64,000 nt of DNA from an uncultured Candidatus Rokubacteria bacterium (GCA_963758635.1 CAVWWD010000003.1:384001-448000); one strand, 5' to 3'. Shown: positions 30,331 through 41,696, numbered from the stretch's first letter. Numbers and translations: made by a program. The notes: generated from the letters alone by a model not told the origin.

Positions 30331-31135
30331 ATGACGGGCGCGGGGCGTCGGCTCGAGGGGCGGGTGATCGTGGTGACCGGCGCGGCGGGCGGCATCGGCG
30401 CGGCGTGCGCGCGCGGGATGGCGGCGGAAGGGGCGCGGCTGGTCCTCGCCGACCTCGACGCGGTCGCGACGGAGCGCCTGGCCCACGAGGTGGGGGCCGT
30501 CGCCGTCACCGTCGACGTGACCCGGCGGGGGGACGTTCGAGCGCATGCTCGACACCGCGGTCGCGCGCTGGGGGCGCGTCGACGTGCTCTTCAACAACGC
30601 CGGCATCGTCCAGGTCAAGCCCATGCTCGACCTCACCGAGGACGACTGGGACCGGGTGATGGCGGTGAACCTCCGAGCCGCCTTCTTCGTGATGCAGGCC
30701 GCGGCGCGCCGCATGATCGCGCAGGCGCCCATCGCCGGATCGGAGCTGCGCGGCAAGCTCGTCCAGACCGCCTCCATCGCGTCCTACCGGGGCGGCAACC
30801 ACCTGATGACCCATTACTCGGCAACCAAGGCCGGCGTGGTGAGCTTCACGCGCTCCGCCGCGCAGGCGCTGGCCGGAGAGCGCATCACGTCGAACTGCAT
30901 CTGCCCGGGCGCGGTGGACACGCCGATGTGGCAGCAGATCGACAAGGAGTGGAGCGCGCTGAACGACTGGACGCCGGGCGAGGCGTGGAAGCGGCGCATC
31001 GCGCACATCCCGCTCGGCCGGCCGGAGCGTGCCGAGGACCTCGTGGGGCTCGTCGTGTTCCTGGCGTCGGGCGAATCGGACTACATGACGGGCCAGGCCA
31101 TCAACCTGGACGGCGGCATGGTGATGGGGAACTGA
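30331..31135 (+). CDS. Short-chain dehydrogenase/reductase (frameshifted)
   Basis: TGAAGGIG, NNAG, YSATK, CPG. Confidence 0.85.
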
Positions 31136-31167
31136 GGCGTGGCGACCGCGCCAGGGGAGGAGCGTCC

Positions 31168-32382
31168 ATGATGCCGAGCCGTCGTGATCTGTCCCGTCGA
31201 TCGATGCTGCGAGGGGCGGGCGCCCTCGCCGTCGCCGCCGCGCTTCCCGCGCCGGCGCGCGCCCAGGGCTCGCCCATCCGCCTCGGCACGCTGACGCCGC
31301 TCACCGGCGCCGGCGGCTCCTACGGCCCGTCGATGCGGAAGGCGATGGACTGGGTGGCCGGAGACGTGAACGCCGCAGGCGGCGTACTCGGCCGCAAGGT
31401 CGAGCTCGTGAGCGAGGACGACCAGACCAACCCCGAGGCCGCCGTCCGCGCCGCGCGCAAGCTCATCGACGTGGACAAGGTGGCCGCCATCATGGGCACC
31501 TGGGCCTCCGCGGTGACGACCGCGGTGGCGCCGCTCTGCTGGGAGTCGAAGACGTTCCTCACCACCGTGTCCGGCGCGGACAGCATCACGCAGCTCCCGC
31601 ACCAGGGCTATCTCGTGCGCACGCAGCCGAACACGCAGCTACAGATCGGCAAGCTCGGCGAGTTCCTGCTCGCGCTCAAGGCCAAGCGCGTCTTCGTCAT
31701 GTCGGCCCAGACGCCGTACGCCGTGCCCTCCGAGAAGCGTCTCGGCGAGGTGCTCGCCAAGGGGGGCGCGGCGTCCATCGGCCACATCGTCTACGACCGG
31801 GAGAAGGTCACGTTCCGCTCCGAGGTCGACCAGGCGCTCCGCGCGAAGCCCGACATGATCTTCTTCAACGGCTACGCGCCGGACGTGACCGTGGTCCTCA
31901 AGGAGATCTTCAAGGCCGGCTACGCGGGCGGCAAGGTCGCGCCGGCCTTCGCGGTGAACCAGAAGCTCCTGGACTCGCTGCCGCACGACGTGACGGACGG
32001 CGTCTACACGTGGGCTCCGTCCCCCGCGGCCGACTCCGAGGCGTTCAAGCGGCTCGGCAAGGCGCTGGGCGCCGCGGACGTGGACCCGTACTCCGCGCAG
32101 TGCCACGACCACATCAGCCTGGTGGTCCTCGCCATCGCGCGGGCGAAGGGTGACGCCACCGGCGCCGCGATCAAGGACGCGATCCGCCGCATCTCCCAGG
32201 GCGCCGGCACCCGCGTCGACAACGCCGTCGACGGGTTGAAGCTCCTGGCCCAGGGCCGCGACATCAACTACGAGGGCGCCAGCGGCCCGTGCGACTTCAA
32301 CGAGGCCGGCGACATCCTCGACTGCAAGTTCCGCTACGAGCAGGCCGAGAAGGGGAAGTTCAAGCTTCTCCGCATCGGCTGA
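31168..32382 (+). CDS. Branched-chain-type ABC substrate-binding protein, Tat signal
   Basis: SRRSML signal, PLTG, GGVLGRK, EDDQTNP. Confidence 0.9.
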   Translation: MMPSRRDLSRRSMLRGAGALAVAAALPAPARAQGSPIRLGTLTPLTGAGGSYGPSMRKAMDWVAGDVNAAGGVLGRKVELVSEDDQTNPEAAVRAARKLIDVDKVAAIMGTWASAVTTAVAPLCWESKTFLTTVSGADSITQLPHQGYLVRTQPNTQLQIGKLGEFLLALKAKRVFVMSAQTPYAVPSEKRLGEVLAKGGAASIGHIVYDREKVTFRSEVDQALRAKPDMIFFNGYAPDVTVVLKEIFKAGYAGGKVAPAFAVNQKLLDSLPHDVTDGVYTWAPSPAADSEAFKRLGKALGAADVDPYSAQCHDHISLVVLAIARAKGDATGAAIKDAIRRISQGAGTRVDNAVDGLKLLAQGRDINYEGASGPCDFNEAGDILDCKFRYEQAEKGKFKLLRIG

Positions 32383-32388
32383 AGGTCG

Positions 32389-33814
32389 ATGGAGTCGACG
32401 CTCTCCGGTCGCGACCGCGGCTGTCCCATCCTCGGCGCCCTGGCCGTGGCCGTGGCCGCGCTGGTCGGGGCGGCATCGGTGTCAGGCGCAGGCGTAGCCC
32501 GTGTCGCCGAGGCCGCGTCACACGGCAACGAGCTGCCTCGCAAAGGGTATCTCGGGTTGCGGCTCGCCCCGCTTCCCACCGATGCCGGCGCGCGCGAGAA
32601 GCTGGGCGCCGTCGCCGGCGTCGTGGTCGAGGGTGTCGTCCCGGGCACCACGGCCGAGGTGAGCGGGATCCAGACCGGCGACGTCCTCGTCGCGATGGAT
32701 GGCAAGACCATCATCGGCGTCGTCGACATGATGTCGAGGGTCGGCGGGCTTGCGACGGGCCGGCACTTCGAGCTCACGGTCCTCCGTGGCGGCAAGCGGA
32801 TGACCCTGCCCGTGACGCTCCGGGAGCGGCCGCGGGACAAGGGCGCGAACTTCGACGTGCTGTACGAGCACGTCGTGAGCCGCGGCGCGCGCATCCGGGT
32901 GCTGGTCAGCCGGCCGCACGCCCCGGGCCGGCACCCCGCGCTGGTCCTGATGCAGGGCCTCGGGCCGGCCACGGTCGACGCGCCGCTGTCCGGTCCCGAG
33001 CCTTACAGCCGCATCCTCGCCGACTTCGCCCAGCGCGGCTGGGTGACCGTGCGCGTGGAGCGGCCGGGGATCGGCGACAGCGAGGGCGGCCCGTTCGCCG
33101 ACGTGGACTTCGAGGCCGACCTCGACGCGTTCCGGCGGGCGCTCGGCTCCGTCCGCGCGTACAGCTTCGTGAACCCGGACGACGTCTTCGTCTTCGGCCA
33201 CAGCCTGGGGGGCGTGTTCGCGCCGATCCTCGCCGCCGAGGTCCCGGTCCGGGGCATCGCCGTGTACGGTACCGTGGCCAAGACCTGGCCGGAGTACTTC
33301 CTGGAGACGTGGCGGCGCCAGGGCGTCCTCGCCGGCGACGATCCGTCCGCGATCGACACGGCGCAGCGGCACCTCGCCGTGGCGCTGCACGAGCTGCTGG
33401 TGAGGCGGCGACCGCTCGACGAGGTGTTCAGGACCCGGCCCGACCTGCGGCCGCTCCTCGCCAAGCTCGCGCCCGGCGGCCGGATCGTCGGCCGGTCCCT
33501 GACGTTCTGGACGCAGCTCACCGCGCGGAGCCTGCCCGCGGCGTGGGCGAAGGGCCACGCGTCGGTGCTGGCGATCTGGGGGACGAACGACTTCGTCTCG
33601 TCCCGCGACGACCATGCGTTCATCGCGGAGATCGTCAACCGGGGCCGGGCCGGCAAGGGCGCCTTCGTCGCGCTCGAGGGCGCCGACCACGGCTTCTGGC
33701 GGACGACGTCGATCGAGGACAGCTACCGCCGCGGGAGCGCGGGGCGGGGAGTTCAACGCCGACATCGTCACGACGCTCCGGGAGTGGGCGGAGAAGGTCC
33801 GGGCGGGCCGGTGA
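32389..33814 (+). CDS. PDZ + alpha/beta hydrolase, exported (frameshift near 3' end)
   Basis: GYLGL/GIQTGDVL PDZ motifs; GIGDSEG, GHSLGG, GADH. Confidence 0.8.
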
Positions 33815-34677
33815 TGGGCGAGGTCCTGCAGCTCGTCGTCAACGGCCTGGTGGCGGGCGCCGTGCTCGCCGTGCCCGCCATCGGGTTCACCGCGATCTAC
33901 GCCGTCCTGCGCTTTCCGAATTTCACCGTGGCCTCGCACGCGACCATCGGGGCCTTCGCCGGGTACGTCGCCAACACGAGCGGCGGGCTTCCCGCGTGGG
34001 CGGCGGTGGTCGTGGCGTTCCTGGTGGCGGGCGCGGCCGGCGTGGTCAACGACGAGCTGGTCCTCAAGCCGCTGCGCCCGGCCGGCGCCCTCACCGCGGC
34101 CATCGCCGCCGTCGCGCTCACGATCGTGCTGGAGAACGTCGTGCGCTTCGTGTTCGGCAACGACCTGCGCGGCTACGACCTCCCCATCCGGCGCGACTGG
34201 CAGGTGGCGGGCATCCGCGTCGGCCCCCAGCAGGTGCAGAACCTGGCGATCGCCGTGGCCGCCATGACCGCGGTCTTCCTCTTCCTGGCCTTCACGCGGC
34301 TGGGCAAGGCCATGCGTGCCGTCGCCGATAATCCGATGCTGGCCGGGATCAAGGGGATCAACGCCGACAGCGTGGCCCGGCTCGTGAACTTCGTCGGGAT
34401 GGGGCTGGCCGGCGTCGGCGGGATGCTGCTCGGGCTGGACACGAGCATCGACCCGCTCACGGGCTTCCGCGTGATCCTCTCCGTCTTCGCCGCCGCCGTC
34501 GTCGGCGGGCTCGGCAGCATCCCGGGCGCGGTGGTGGGCGCCCTCACCATCGGCGTGGCCGAGGAGCTATCGCTGCTTTCCCTCGCCCCGGCCTACCGCA
34601 CCGCGGTGGGCTTCTTCGCGATCCTGGTCGTCCTCACCCTCCGCCCTCGCGGCCTCCTGGGGGAGCGGGCGTACTGA
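33814..34677 (+). CDS. ABC permease, LivH-like
   Basis: Hydrophobic; GKAMRAVADN, VGGLGS. Confidence 0.9.
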   Translation: MGEVLQLVVNGLVAGAVLAVPAIGFTAIYAVLRFPNFTVASHATIGAFAGYVANTSGGLPAWAAVVVAFLVAGAAGVVNDELVLKPLRPAGALTAAIAAVALTIVLENVVRFVFGNDLRGYDLPIRRDWQVAGIRVGPQQVQNLAIAVAAMTAVFLFLAFTRLGKAMRAVADNPMLAGIKGINADSVARLVNFVGMGLAGVGGMLLGLDTSIDPLTGFRVILSVFAAAVVGGLGSIPGAVVGALTIGVAEELSLLSLAPAYRTAVGFFAILVVLTLRPRGLLGERAY

Positions 34678-34765
34678 GAGCCATGAAAGAGCGATGTGTC
34701 GAAGCAGCGGACCCGCACGTGGTGGTGGGGGCGTGGGGGAGGAGCGGCGCCGCTCCCCCCACCTA

Positions 34766-35683
34766 ATGGAAAACTACCTGATCGCGATGGCGACCTTCGC
34801 GGGCATCTACGCGCTGCTCGCGCTGGGCCTGAACCTCGTGTGGGGCCTGGGCGGCATGATCAACCTGGGCCTCGTCGGCTTCTTCGCGTTCGGCGCCTAC
34901 GTCTCGGCGCTCCTCACCAAGAAGCTCGGTGTCCCCATCGCCGCCGGCCTCGTCGCGGCCATGATCGCCACCGCGGCGGCGGGCGCCGTGATGGCGGTGA
35001 CGACGGCGCGCCTGCGCGGGGACTACCTCGCCATCATCACGCTCGGGTTCTCGGAGGTCGTCCGGATCACCGCGAGCAACGAGATCTGGCTCACGAACGG
35101 CACCGACGGCATCTCCGGCATCCCCGGGCCCTACCGGGGGCGGGTGACGCCGGAGGCCTTCAACCTGATCTTCCTCGTCATCGTGGCGGTGGTGGTGGCC
35201 GCGCTCTACCTGGTGCTCGAGCGGGTGCGGCGCTCGCCCTACGGCCGCGTGCTCCGCGCCATCCGCGACGACGACCAGGTGGCGGCGGTGGCGGGCAAGC
35301 CCGTCCTCGCGTTCAAGGTCGAGTCGTTCGCGGTGAGCGCGGCCGTCCTCGGGCTGGCCGGCGGCCTCTACGGTCACTACACGTCCTACATCGCTCCGGA
35401 GGTGTTCGTGCCGCTGGTCAGCATCTACATCGTGCTCGCCCTCACCGCCGGTGGCACCGGTAGCAATCGCGGGGCGGTGGTGGGGGCCGTCCTCGTCGTG
35501 TTCTTCCTCGAGTCGGCGCGCTTCGCCACGGGCTGGCTGCCCGGCCTCCGGCCCGTGCAGGTGGCGGCGGTGCGCGAGCTCCTGATCGGCGCGAGCCTGA
35601 TCCTCGTCCTCCGCTTCCGGCCCGCCGGCCTCCTGCCCGAGCGGATCGAGGCGGTGCCGCGGCCGGCGGAGGCCGCGTCGTGA
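34766..35683 (+). CDS. ABC permease, LivM-like
   Basis: RLRGDYLAIITLGF, SPYGRVLRAIRDD. Confidence 0.9.
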   Translation: MENYLIAMATFAGIYALLALGLNLVWGLGGMINLGLVGFFAFGAYVSALLTKKLGVPIAAGLVAAMIATAAAGAVMAVTTARLRGDYLAIITLGFSEVVRITASNEIWLTNGTDGISGIPGPYRGRVTPEAFNLIFLVIVAVVVAALYLVLERVRRSPYGRVLRAIRDDDQVAAVAGKPVLAFKVESFAVSAAVLGLAGGLYGHYTSYIAPEVFVPLVSIYIVLALTAGGTGSNRGAVVGAVLVVFFLESARFATGWLPGLRPVQVAAVRELLIGASLILVLRFRPAGLLPERIEAVPRPAEAAS

Positions 35684-36186
35684 GCGCGCCCGGGCGCGGG
35701 CCCCGTCCCGATCCGCTCCCGCACCTCGGCGCGGTGGCCGCCGCCGTCGCCGGGCCCGGCCAGCCCGAGGCCACGTTCCGCGCCCTGGACGCGGCGATGG
35801 CCGCGGCGATCGGGCACCGCCTGTTCACGGTGCTCCTGCGCCACGCCGACGCGTCGGAGCGGCGCTACACGAACCAGCCCGCCGCCTATCCCGTGGGCGG
35901 CCGCAAGCCGGTGACGCCCAGCGCGTGGACCGAGCGCGTGTTCGTCCGCCGCGAGCCCTACATCGGACGCGACGCCGCGGACATCCGCTCCGTGTTCTTC
36001 GACCACGAGCTGATCGCGTCGCTCGGCTGCGCGTCGGTGATCAACCTGCCCGTGGTCTGGGACGGCCGCGTGCTGGGCACGATCAACCTCCTCCACGAGG
36101 CGGGCTGGTACGATGAATCCGACGTGCCCATCGGGCTCGCGTTCGCCGCGCTCGCCGTCCCCGCCTACCTCACGCTGATCCGCTGA
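35680..36186 (+). CDS. GAF-domain protein
   Basis: LGCASVINLPVVWDGRVLGTINL. Confidence 0.8.
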   Translation: MSAPGRGPRPDPLPHLGAVAAAVAGPGQPEATFRALDAAMAAAIGHRLFTVLLRHADASERRYTNQPAAYPVGGRKPVTPSAWTERVFVRREPYIGRDAADIRSVFFDHELIASLGCASVINLPVVWDGRVLGTINLLHEAGWYDESDVPIGLAFAALAVPAYLTLIR

Positions 36187-36253
36187 GGCGTCGATGGACC
36201 GGCGCTCCCGGCGCCGGCGCGCGCCCGGCCCCGCACGTCTCAAGGAGGCGTGC

Positions 36254-37378
36254 ATGATCCACTTCCGGACCATCGCTGGCGCCCTCGCCCTCTGCCTGGC
36301 CGTGGAGGCGCCCGCCCCCGCGGCCGCCGCCGTCGACGACCGCTACCTCACCGGCTACGCCACCGCCGTCCTCGAGCGTCAGTTCGGGCTCACCAGCCGG
36401 ACGCTCCGGATCCGGGACGGCGTGCTCTCGGTGGGCGCGGAGGACCTGGGTGACCCCGTCAGACGCGAGGAGGTCCTGAAGGCCCTCTCCGCGATCGACG
36501 GCGTCAAGCGCGTGCAGGTGCAGGAGGGCCCGCCCGGCGCGGCGCCGGTCGCCGTGTCCACGAGCGCGGCGCCCGGCGGATGGAAGGCGCCGGACACCGG
36601 GCTGATGCCCGGCGGCCACCTCTTCAACCCGCTGACCGCGGATCCGCGCTGGCCCCACTTCGCCGCGAGCTACCAGTACTACCTCGACGACCCTCAGCTC
36701 GCCAGCGCGGCCACGGTGAGCTTCGGCGAGATGTTCAGCCTCTACCGGGGGGCGGCGGGTCCGGGCTTCTGGGAGGTGGGGGTCCAGGCGGGCGTGTTCG
36801 CCCTCTTCGATCTCGACGCGAGCTCGAAGGACCTCATCAACGCCGACTACTTCGTGGCGGGCTTCGCGGCCTATCGGCTGGACCGCTTCTCCGCGCTCGC
36901 CCGCATCTTCCACCAGAGCAGCCACCTCGGCGACGAGTTCCTGCTGCGGACGCGGACGGAGCGCATCAACCTGAGCTACGAGGGCGTGGACGCGAAGGTG
37001 TCGATCGAGCTCTTCGACTGGCTACGCGACGACTACGAGCACGGCACGCCGGTGCGCGTCTACGCGGGCGGGGGATACCTCTTCCACGTGGATCCGTCCG
37101 GCATCCGGCCCTGGTCCGCGCAGTACGGCGTCGAGCTCCGGAGCCCGTGGACGATCGGGCGGCACGTCCGCCCCATCGTCGCCGTCAACGTCCAGCACCG
37201 CGAGGAGAACGACTGGTCCGCGGACGTCTCGGTGCGCGCGGGCATCCAGATCGACGGCGTGCTGCTCACGCGCAACATGCAGATCCTGCTCGAGTGGTAC
37301 CAGGGCCACTCGCCCAACGGGCAGTTCTTTCGGCAGCGGATCGAGTACCTCGGCCTCGGCGTGCACTTCCATTTCTGA
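36254..37378 (+). CDS. Outer-membrane beta-barrel-like protein (DUF1207-like)
   Basis: Signal peptide, LINADY, HQSSHLGDEF, C-terminal Phe. Confidence 0.75.
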   Translation: MIHFRTIAGALALCLAVEAPAPAAAAVDDRYLTGYATAVLERQFGLTSRTLRIRDGVLSVGAEDLGDPVRREEVLKALSAIDGVKRVQVQEGPPGAAPVAVSTSAAPGGWKAPDTGLMPGGHLFNPLTADPRWPHFAASYQYYLDDPQLASAATVSFGEMFSLYRGAAGPGFWEVGVQAGVFALFDLDASSKDLINADYFVAGFAAYRLDRFSALARIFHQSSHLGDEFLLRTRTERINLSYEGVDAKVSIELFDWLRDDYEHGTPVRVYAGGGYLFHVDPSGIRPWSAQYGVELRSPWTIGRHVRPIVAVNVQHREENDWSADVSVRAGIQIDGVLLTRNMQILLEWYQGHSPNGQFFRQRIEYLGLGVHFHF

Positions 37379-37411
37379 GGCGTCGTTCGCGTACCGGCCG
37401 GAGCCCGCGGC

Positions 37412-38281
37412 TCACGACTGCCCGCGGTACCACTCGTAGATCTCCTCGCCGGTGGCGAGCCAGACCCCCTTGTGCTTGCGGATGTAGTCGTAGACCGCCT
37501 CGAAGTACTTGATCCGGTGCGGCACGCCCGAGATGTAGGGGTGCACGGCCAGGGCCATCACGCGCGGGTTCTTCGCGCCCTCCGCGTAGAGGCGGTCGAA
37601 CTGGTCCTTCGCGCGCTGGAGCCACTCCGCCGACGAGTGGTGCTGGATGACCATCATGGGGATGTCGTTCAGCTCGAGGGTGTACGGCACCGACACGAGC
37701 GGGCCCGCGCTGGTCCGGATGCGGTACGGCTGGTCGTCGTTCACCCAGTCCGAGACGTACTCGATGCCCTCCTCGGCGAGGATGTCGAGCGTCTCCCACG
37801 TCTCGGTGAGGCCGGGCCCGAGCCAGCCTTTCGGCTTCTTGCCCGTGAACTTGACGATGATCTCGATCGACTCGCGGATGGCCGCGCGCTGGTCGGGGAG
37901 CAGATGCAGGGCCCCCTGCACGACGCCGTGGCCCATGAACTCCCAGCCCGCGTCCAGCATGGCGCGGGCCACCGGCTCGTAGGACTCGCACACCCGCGCG
38001 TTGATCGACGTGGTGGCGCGGATCTTCCGCCGGCCCAGCGCCTCGAGGAGGCGCCAGAAGCCCACGCGCATCCCGTACTCGTGCCAGGCCCAGTTGGGCA
38101 CGTCGGGGACGGTGGTGACGCCCTGGGGCGCGGTGAGGTACTGGCGCGCCATGGCGCGCTCGATGTCCCACTCCTCGATGTTGACGATGGTCCACACCGC
38201 GATGCGCGCGCCTTTCGGCAGCTTCCACCGCGGGCGGGCGGACATGGGCGAGTAGTCGAAGCGCTCGCGCGGCAGTCTCAT
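37412..38281 (-). CDS. Polysaccharide deacetylase family (PuuE-like)
   Basis: HEYGMRVG, EFMGHG, GWLGPG, DDQPY, HPYISG. Confidence 0.85.
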   Translation of the reverse strand: MRLPRERFDYSPMSARPRWKLPKGARIAVWTIVNIEEWDIERAMARQYLTAPQGVTTVPDVPNWAWHEYGMRVGFWRLLEALGRRKIRATTSINARVCESYEPVARAMLDAGWEFMGHGVVQGALHLLPDQRAAIRESIEIIVKFTGKKPKGWLGPGLTETWETLDILAEEGIEYVSDWVNDDQPYRIRTSAGPLVSVPYTLELNDIPMMVIQHHSSAEWLQRAKDQFDRLYAEGAKNPRVMALAVHPYISGVPHRIKYFEAVYDYIRKHKGVWLATGEEIYEWYRGQS

Positions 38282-38441
38282 GGCCGTCTCTCTCCTCTCG
38301 TCGCCGGCGTGGCCGGCGGTGGCCCCGATGATACGGCATGGGGCGGCGCCGCTTCCTGGCCTCTGCCGTTCATAGTAGAATGCCGCGCCATGGACCGCGT
38401 CGCCCCGGCCGGTCTCCGCCGACGGGCTGTGAAGGAGTGCG

Positions 38442-38504
38442 GTGACGCCGTGCGGCCAACCCGCGATTCTGCTACACACGCGGACCGTCTCGCCATTCAT
38501 CCAC
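38442..38504. repeat. Imperfect ~65-bp inverted repeat, partner at 40312-40381
   Basis: CCGTCTCGCCATTCAT (38485-38500) is the exact reverse complement of 40316-40331. Confidence 0.75.
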
Positions 38505-38528
38505 AATCGCGTGAGCGGTAGCGTCCCG

Positions 38529-39383
38529 ATGGAGTTCCTCGTCAACCAGACGTTCAACGGCGTGTCGTACGGCGCGCTGCTCTTCCTGCTCGCGGGCGGG
38601 CTCTCGCTCATCTTCGGCATGATGCGCATCGTGAACATGACCCACGGCTCCTACTATCTGCTCGGCGGCTACGTGGCCCTCACCGCGATGTGGAACGGCG
38701 GGCACTACCTGGTCGCCATGGTGGTGGCCGCGCTCGCCATCTCGCTGATCGGCGTGGCGGAGTGGAACGCGTTCCTCAAGCGCCTCTCCGGCCAGGAGCT
38801 GGGCCAGGTCCTCACCACGATGGGCTTCGCCCTGATCTTCCAGGACCTCGCGCTCGTGCTGTGGGGGGGCGACCCGTACACGATCCCGATCCCCGCCGTG
38901 CTCTCGGGCAGCGTCACGTCGGGGCCGTTCACGTTTCCGGTCTACCGGATCTTCATCGTCGGCGTGGCCCTGTTCGTGGCGGTGGTCCTGTGGCTGGTGC
39001 TCGAGCGCACGCGGATCGGGGCGATGATGCGGGCCACGGTGGACGACCCCGAGATGGCGCGGGGGGTGGGCATCAACGTGTTCTTGATCTCGATGGGCGT
39101 CTTCTGCCTCGGCGCGAGCCTCGCCGCGGTGGCGGGGGTGGTGGCGGGCGGCTTCGTCGGCGTCTACCCCGGCGCGGACTTCGAGATCCTCCCGTACGCG
39201 TTCGTGGTGGTCATCGTGGGCGGCATGGGCAGCCTCAAGGGCGCGGTGATCGGCAGCCTGATGGTCGGCCTCCTCGACAACTTCGGGAAGGCGCTCTTCC
39301 CGGAGCTGTCGTACTTCACGCTGTTCGCGCCGATGGCCCTCATCCTCGCGGTGCGGCCCACCGGGCTGTTCGGGCGGGTCTGA
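38529..39383 (+). CDS. ABC permease, LivH-like
   Basis: NMTHGS, VGGMGSLKG. Confidence 0.9.
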   Translation: MEFLVNQTFNGVSYGALLFLLAGGLSLIFGMMRIVNMTHGSYYLLGGYVALTAMWNGGHYLVAMVVAALAISLIGVAEWNAFLKRLSGQELGQVLTTMGFALIFQDLALVLWGGDPYTIPIPAVLSGSVTSGPFTFPVYRIFIVGVALFVAVVLWLVLERTRIGAMMRATVDDPEMARGVGINVFLISMGVFCLGASLAAVAGVVAGGFVGVYPGADFEILPYAFVVVIVGGMGSLKGAVIGSLMVGLLDNFGKALFPELSYFTLFAPMALILAVRPTGLFGRV

Positions 39384-40315
39384 TGGCGGGCGCCCTCGTC
39401 GGCCCGGCCATCGTGCTCGCCGGGCTCGTGGTCGCCCCGCCGTTCCTCTCTGGCTTCATGCTCACGCTGCTGACGCAGGCCATCATCTACGCCATCCTCG
39501 CCATGAGCCTGGACCTGATCCTCGGCTACACCGGGCTCTCGTCGCTGGGCCACGCCGCGTATCTCGGCCTCGGCGCCTATAGCGTGGGCATCCTCACCAC
39601 GCGCCACGGCGCCGGGTTCTGGACGACGCTGATCGTCGGCGTCCTCGTCGCCGCGGCGGTGGCCGCGGTGTTCGGCCTCGTCGCGCTGCGCGCGACCGGC
39701 GTGTACTTCCTCATGATCACCCTCGCCCTCGGCATGGTGGTCTGGGGCCTCGCGCACCGCTGGGTGTCGCTCACCCAGGGCGACAACGGCATCTCCTCCG
39801 TCCCGCGCCCCCGCGGCCTGCCCGTCACGCTCACCGACGCCGTCCCCTACTACTACTTCGCGCTCGCCGGCTTCGTCGTCGCCTTCGTCGTCCTGCGGAC
39901 GGTGGTGCGCTCGCCCTTCGGCCGCACGCTCGTGGGGATCCGCGAGAGCGAGTCGCGCATGCGCACGCTCGGCTATCACGTGTGGCTGCACAAGTACGTG
40001 GGCTTCATGATCGCGGGCGCGGTGGGCGGCTTCGCCGGCGTCTTCTGGGGCTACTACAACGGCTTCGTGAGCCCCAGCGACCTCGAGCTGGCCACGTCGG
40101 TGGAGACGCTCCTCATGGTGGCGCTCGGCGGCCGCGGCACCCTCCTGGGCCCCGCGCTGGGCGCGCTGCTCATCGTGCTGCTCAAGAACCTCGTCTCCGT
40201 GTACACCCAACGATGGCTCCTCATCCTGGGCGCGGTGTACATCGGAACCATCGTCTACGCGCCCGAAGGCATCGTGGGAGCCGTCCGGCAGCTCCGGACC
40301 TCGAAGAGAACGTGA
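39383..40315 (+). CDS. ABC permease, LivM-like
   Basis: GYTGLSSLGHAA, SPFGRTLVGIRES. Confidence 0.9.
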   Translation: MAGALVGPAIVLAGLVVAPPFLSGFMLTLLTQAIIYAILAMSLDLILGYTGLSSLGHAAYLGLGAYSVGILTTRHGAGFWTTLIVGVLVAAAVAAVFGLVALRATGVYFLMITLALGMVVWGLAHRWVSLTQGDNGISSVPRPRGLPVTLTDAVPYYYFALAGFVVAFVVLRTVVRSPFGRTLVGIRESESRMRTLGYHVWLHKYVGFMIAGAVGGFAGVFWGYYNGFVSPSDLELATSVETLLMVALGGRGTLLGPALGALLIVLLKNLVSVYTQRWLLILGAVYIGTIVYAPEGIVGAVRQLRTSKRT

Positions 40316-40422
40316 ATGAATGGCGAGACGGCTCGCCGCGTGTACGCGGAATCGCGGTGTTGCCCGCGCGCCGACGTCAACGTCCGCACGTCTTCACCAC
40401 CTCGAAACAGGGAGGATCGCGC

Positions 40423-41689
40423 ATGAACACACGGCGAATGACCTCGCTCGTCGCGCTTGCCGCGCTCGTCGTCACGGTGGGCGTCGTCGTCACGGCGGGC
40501 TTCGTGGGAACCCCGGCGGAGGCGCAGAAAGGGCCGATCAAGGTGGGCCTGCTCGCGCCGACCACGGGCGGCGCGGCGCAGATCGGCAAGGACATGGTCA
40601 ACGGCTTCAACATGTGGCTGGAGGAGAACGGCGGGCAGATCGCCGGCCGCAAGGTCGAGGTGATCGTCGAGGACACCCAGGGCCAGCCCGCGCCCGCCCT
40701 CACGAAGCTGCGGAAGCTGGTGGAGAGCGACAAGGTGCACGTGCTCAGCGGCCTGCTCTTCGCTCACGTGGGCTACGCGCTGGCGCCCAAGGTGGACGAG
40801 TACAGGATCCCGATGCTCTACCCGGTGGTGTCGGCCGACGACCTGTCCCAGCGCAAGCCCGCGAAGTGGGTGGTGCGCACGGGCTGGACCTCCAGCCAGC
40901 CCAACCAGCCCTTCGGGGAGTACGTGGCCAAGACGCTCGGCTACAAGCGGATCGTCACCATCGCCAACGACTACGCGTTCGGGTGGGAGCAGGTCGCGGG
41001 CTTCCAGCGGACGTACGAGGAGAACGGCGGGCAGGTGGTGCAGAAGCTCTGGCCGCCGCTCGGCACCACCGACCTCGCCCCGTTCCTGTCCCAGATCCGC
41101 AAGGACGCCGACGCCGTCTTCGCGGTCATGGTGGCGGCGACCGCGCTCCGCTTCCCCAGGCAGTACCAGGACGCCGGGCTCAAGGCGAAGCTGCCGGTCA
41201 TCGGCGGCGGGACCACCTTCGACGAGTTCGTCCTCCCCTCGCTGGGGGATGAGGCCATCGGCGGCATCACGCCGCTCATCTACAGCGCGGCGCTCGACAC
41301 GCCGATCAACCGGCGCTTCGTGAAGGACTACCGCGCGAAGTTCGGCAAGGTTCCCTCGTACTACTCGGAGACCATGTACACGAGCGCCCGCTGGATCGCC
41401 GAGGCGGCCAAGGCGGCGGGCGGCGACCTGGAAGACCGCGAGAAGTTCCTCGCCGCGCTGCGCAAGGTGGAGATCCCCGACGCGCCCCGCGGCCCTCTGA
41501 AGCTGGACCAGTGGGGCGGCGTCGATCCAGAACATCTACGTGCGGAAGGTCGAGAAGAAGGACGGCGAGCTCTGGAACACCGTGATCCACACGTACCCCG
41601 CGGTCTCCCAGTTCTGGAAGTACAACCCCGAGGAGTTCCTGAAGCAGCCCGTCTACGACCGGAACAACCCGCCGTGCAAGCACTGCTGA
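40423..41689 (+). CDS. Branched-chain-type ABC substrate-binding protein (frameshift near 3' end)
   Basis: IKVGLLAP, IAGRKVEVIVED, DYAFG. Confidence 0.9.
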
Positions 41690-41696
41690 TCGCGGC

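Noticed and set aside
30319..34677. SDR-SBP fusion (30319-32382) and hydrolase-permease fusion (32389-34677) in the ORF track
   Set aside because: Explained by frameshifts; separate start and stop codons exist at 31135/31168 and 33814
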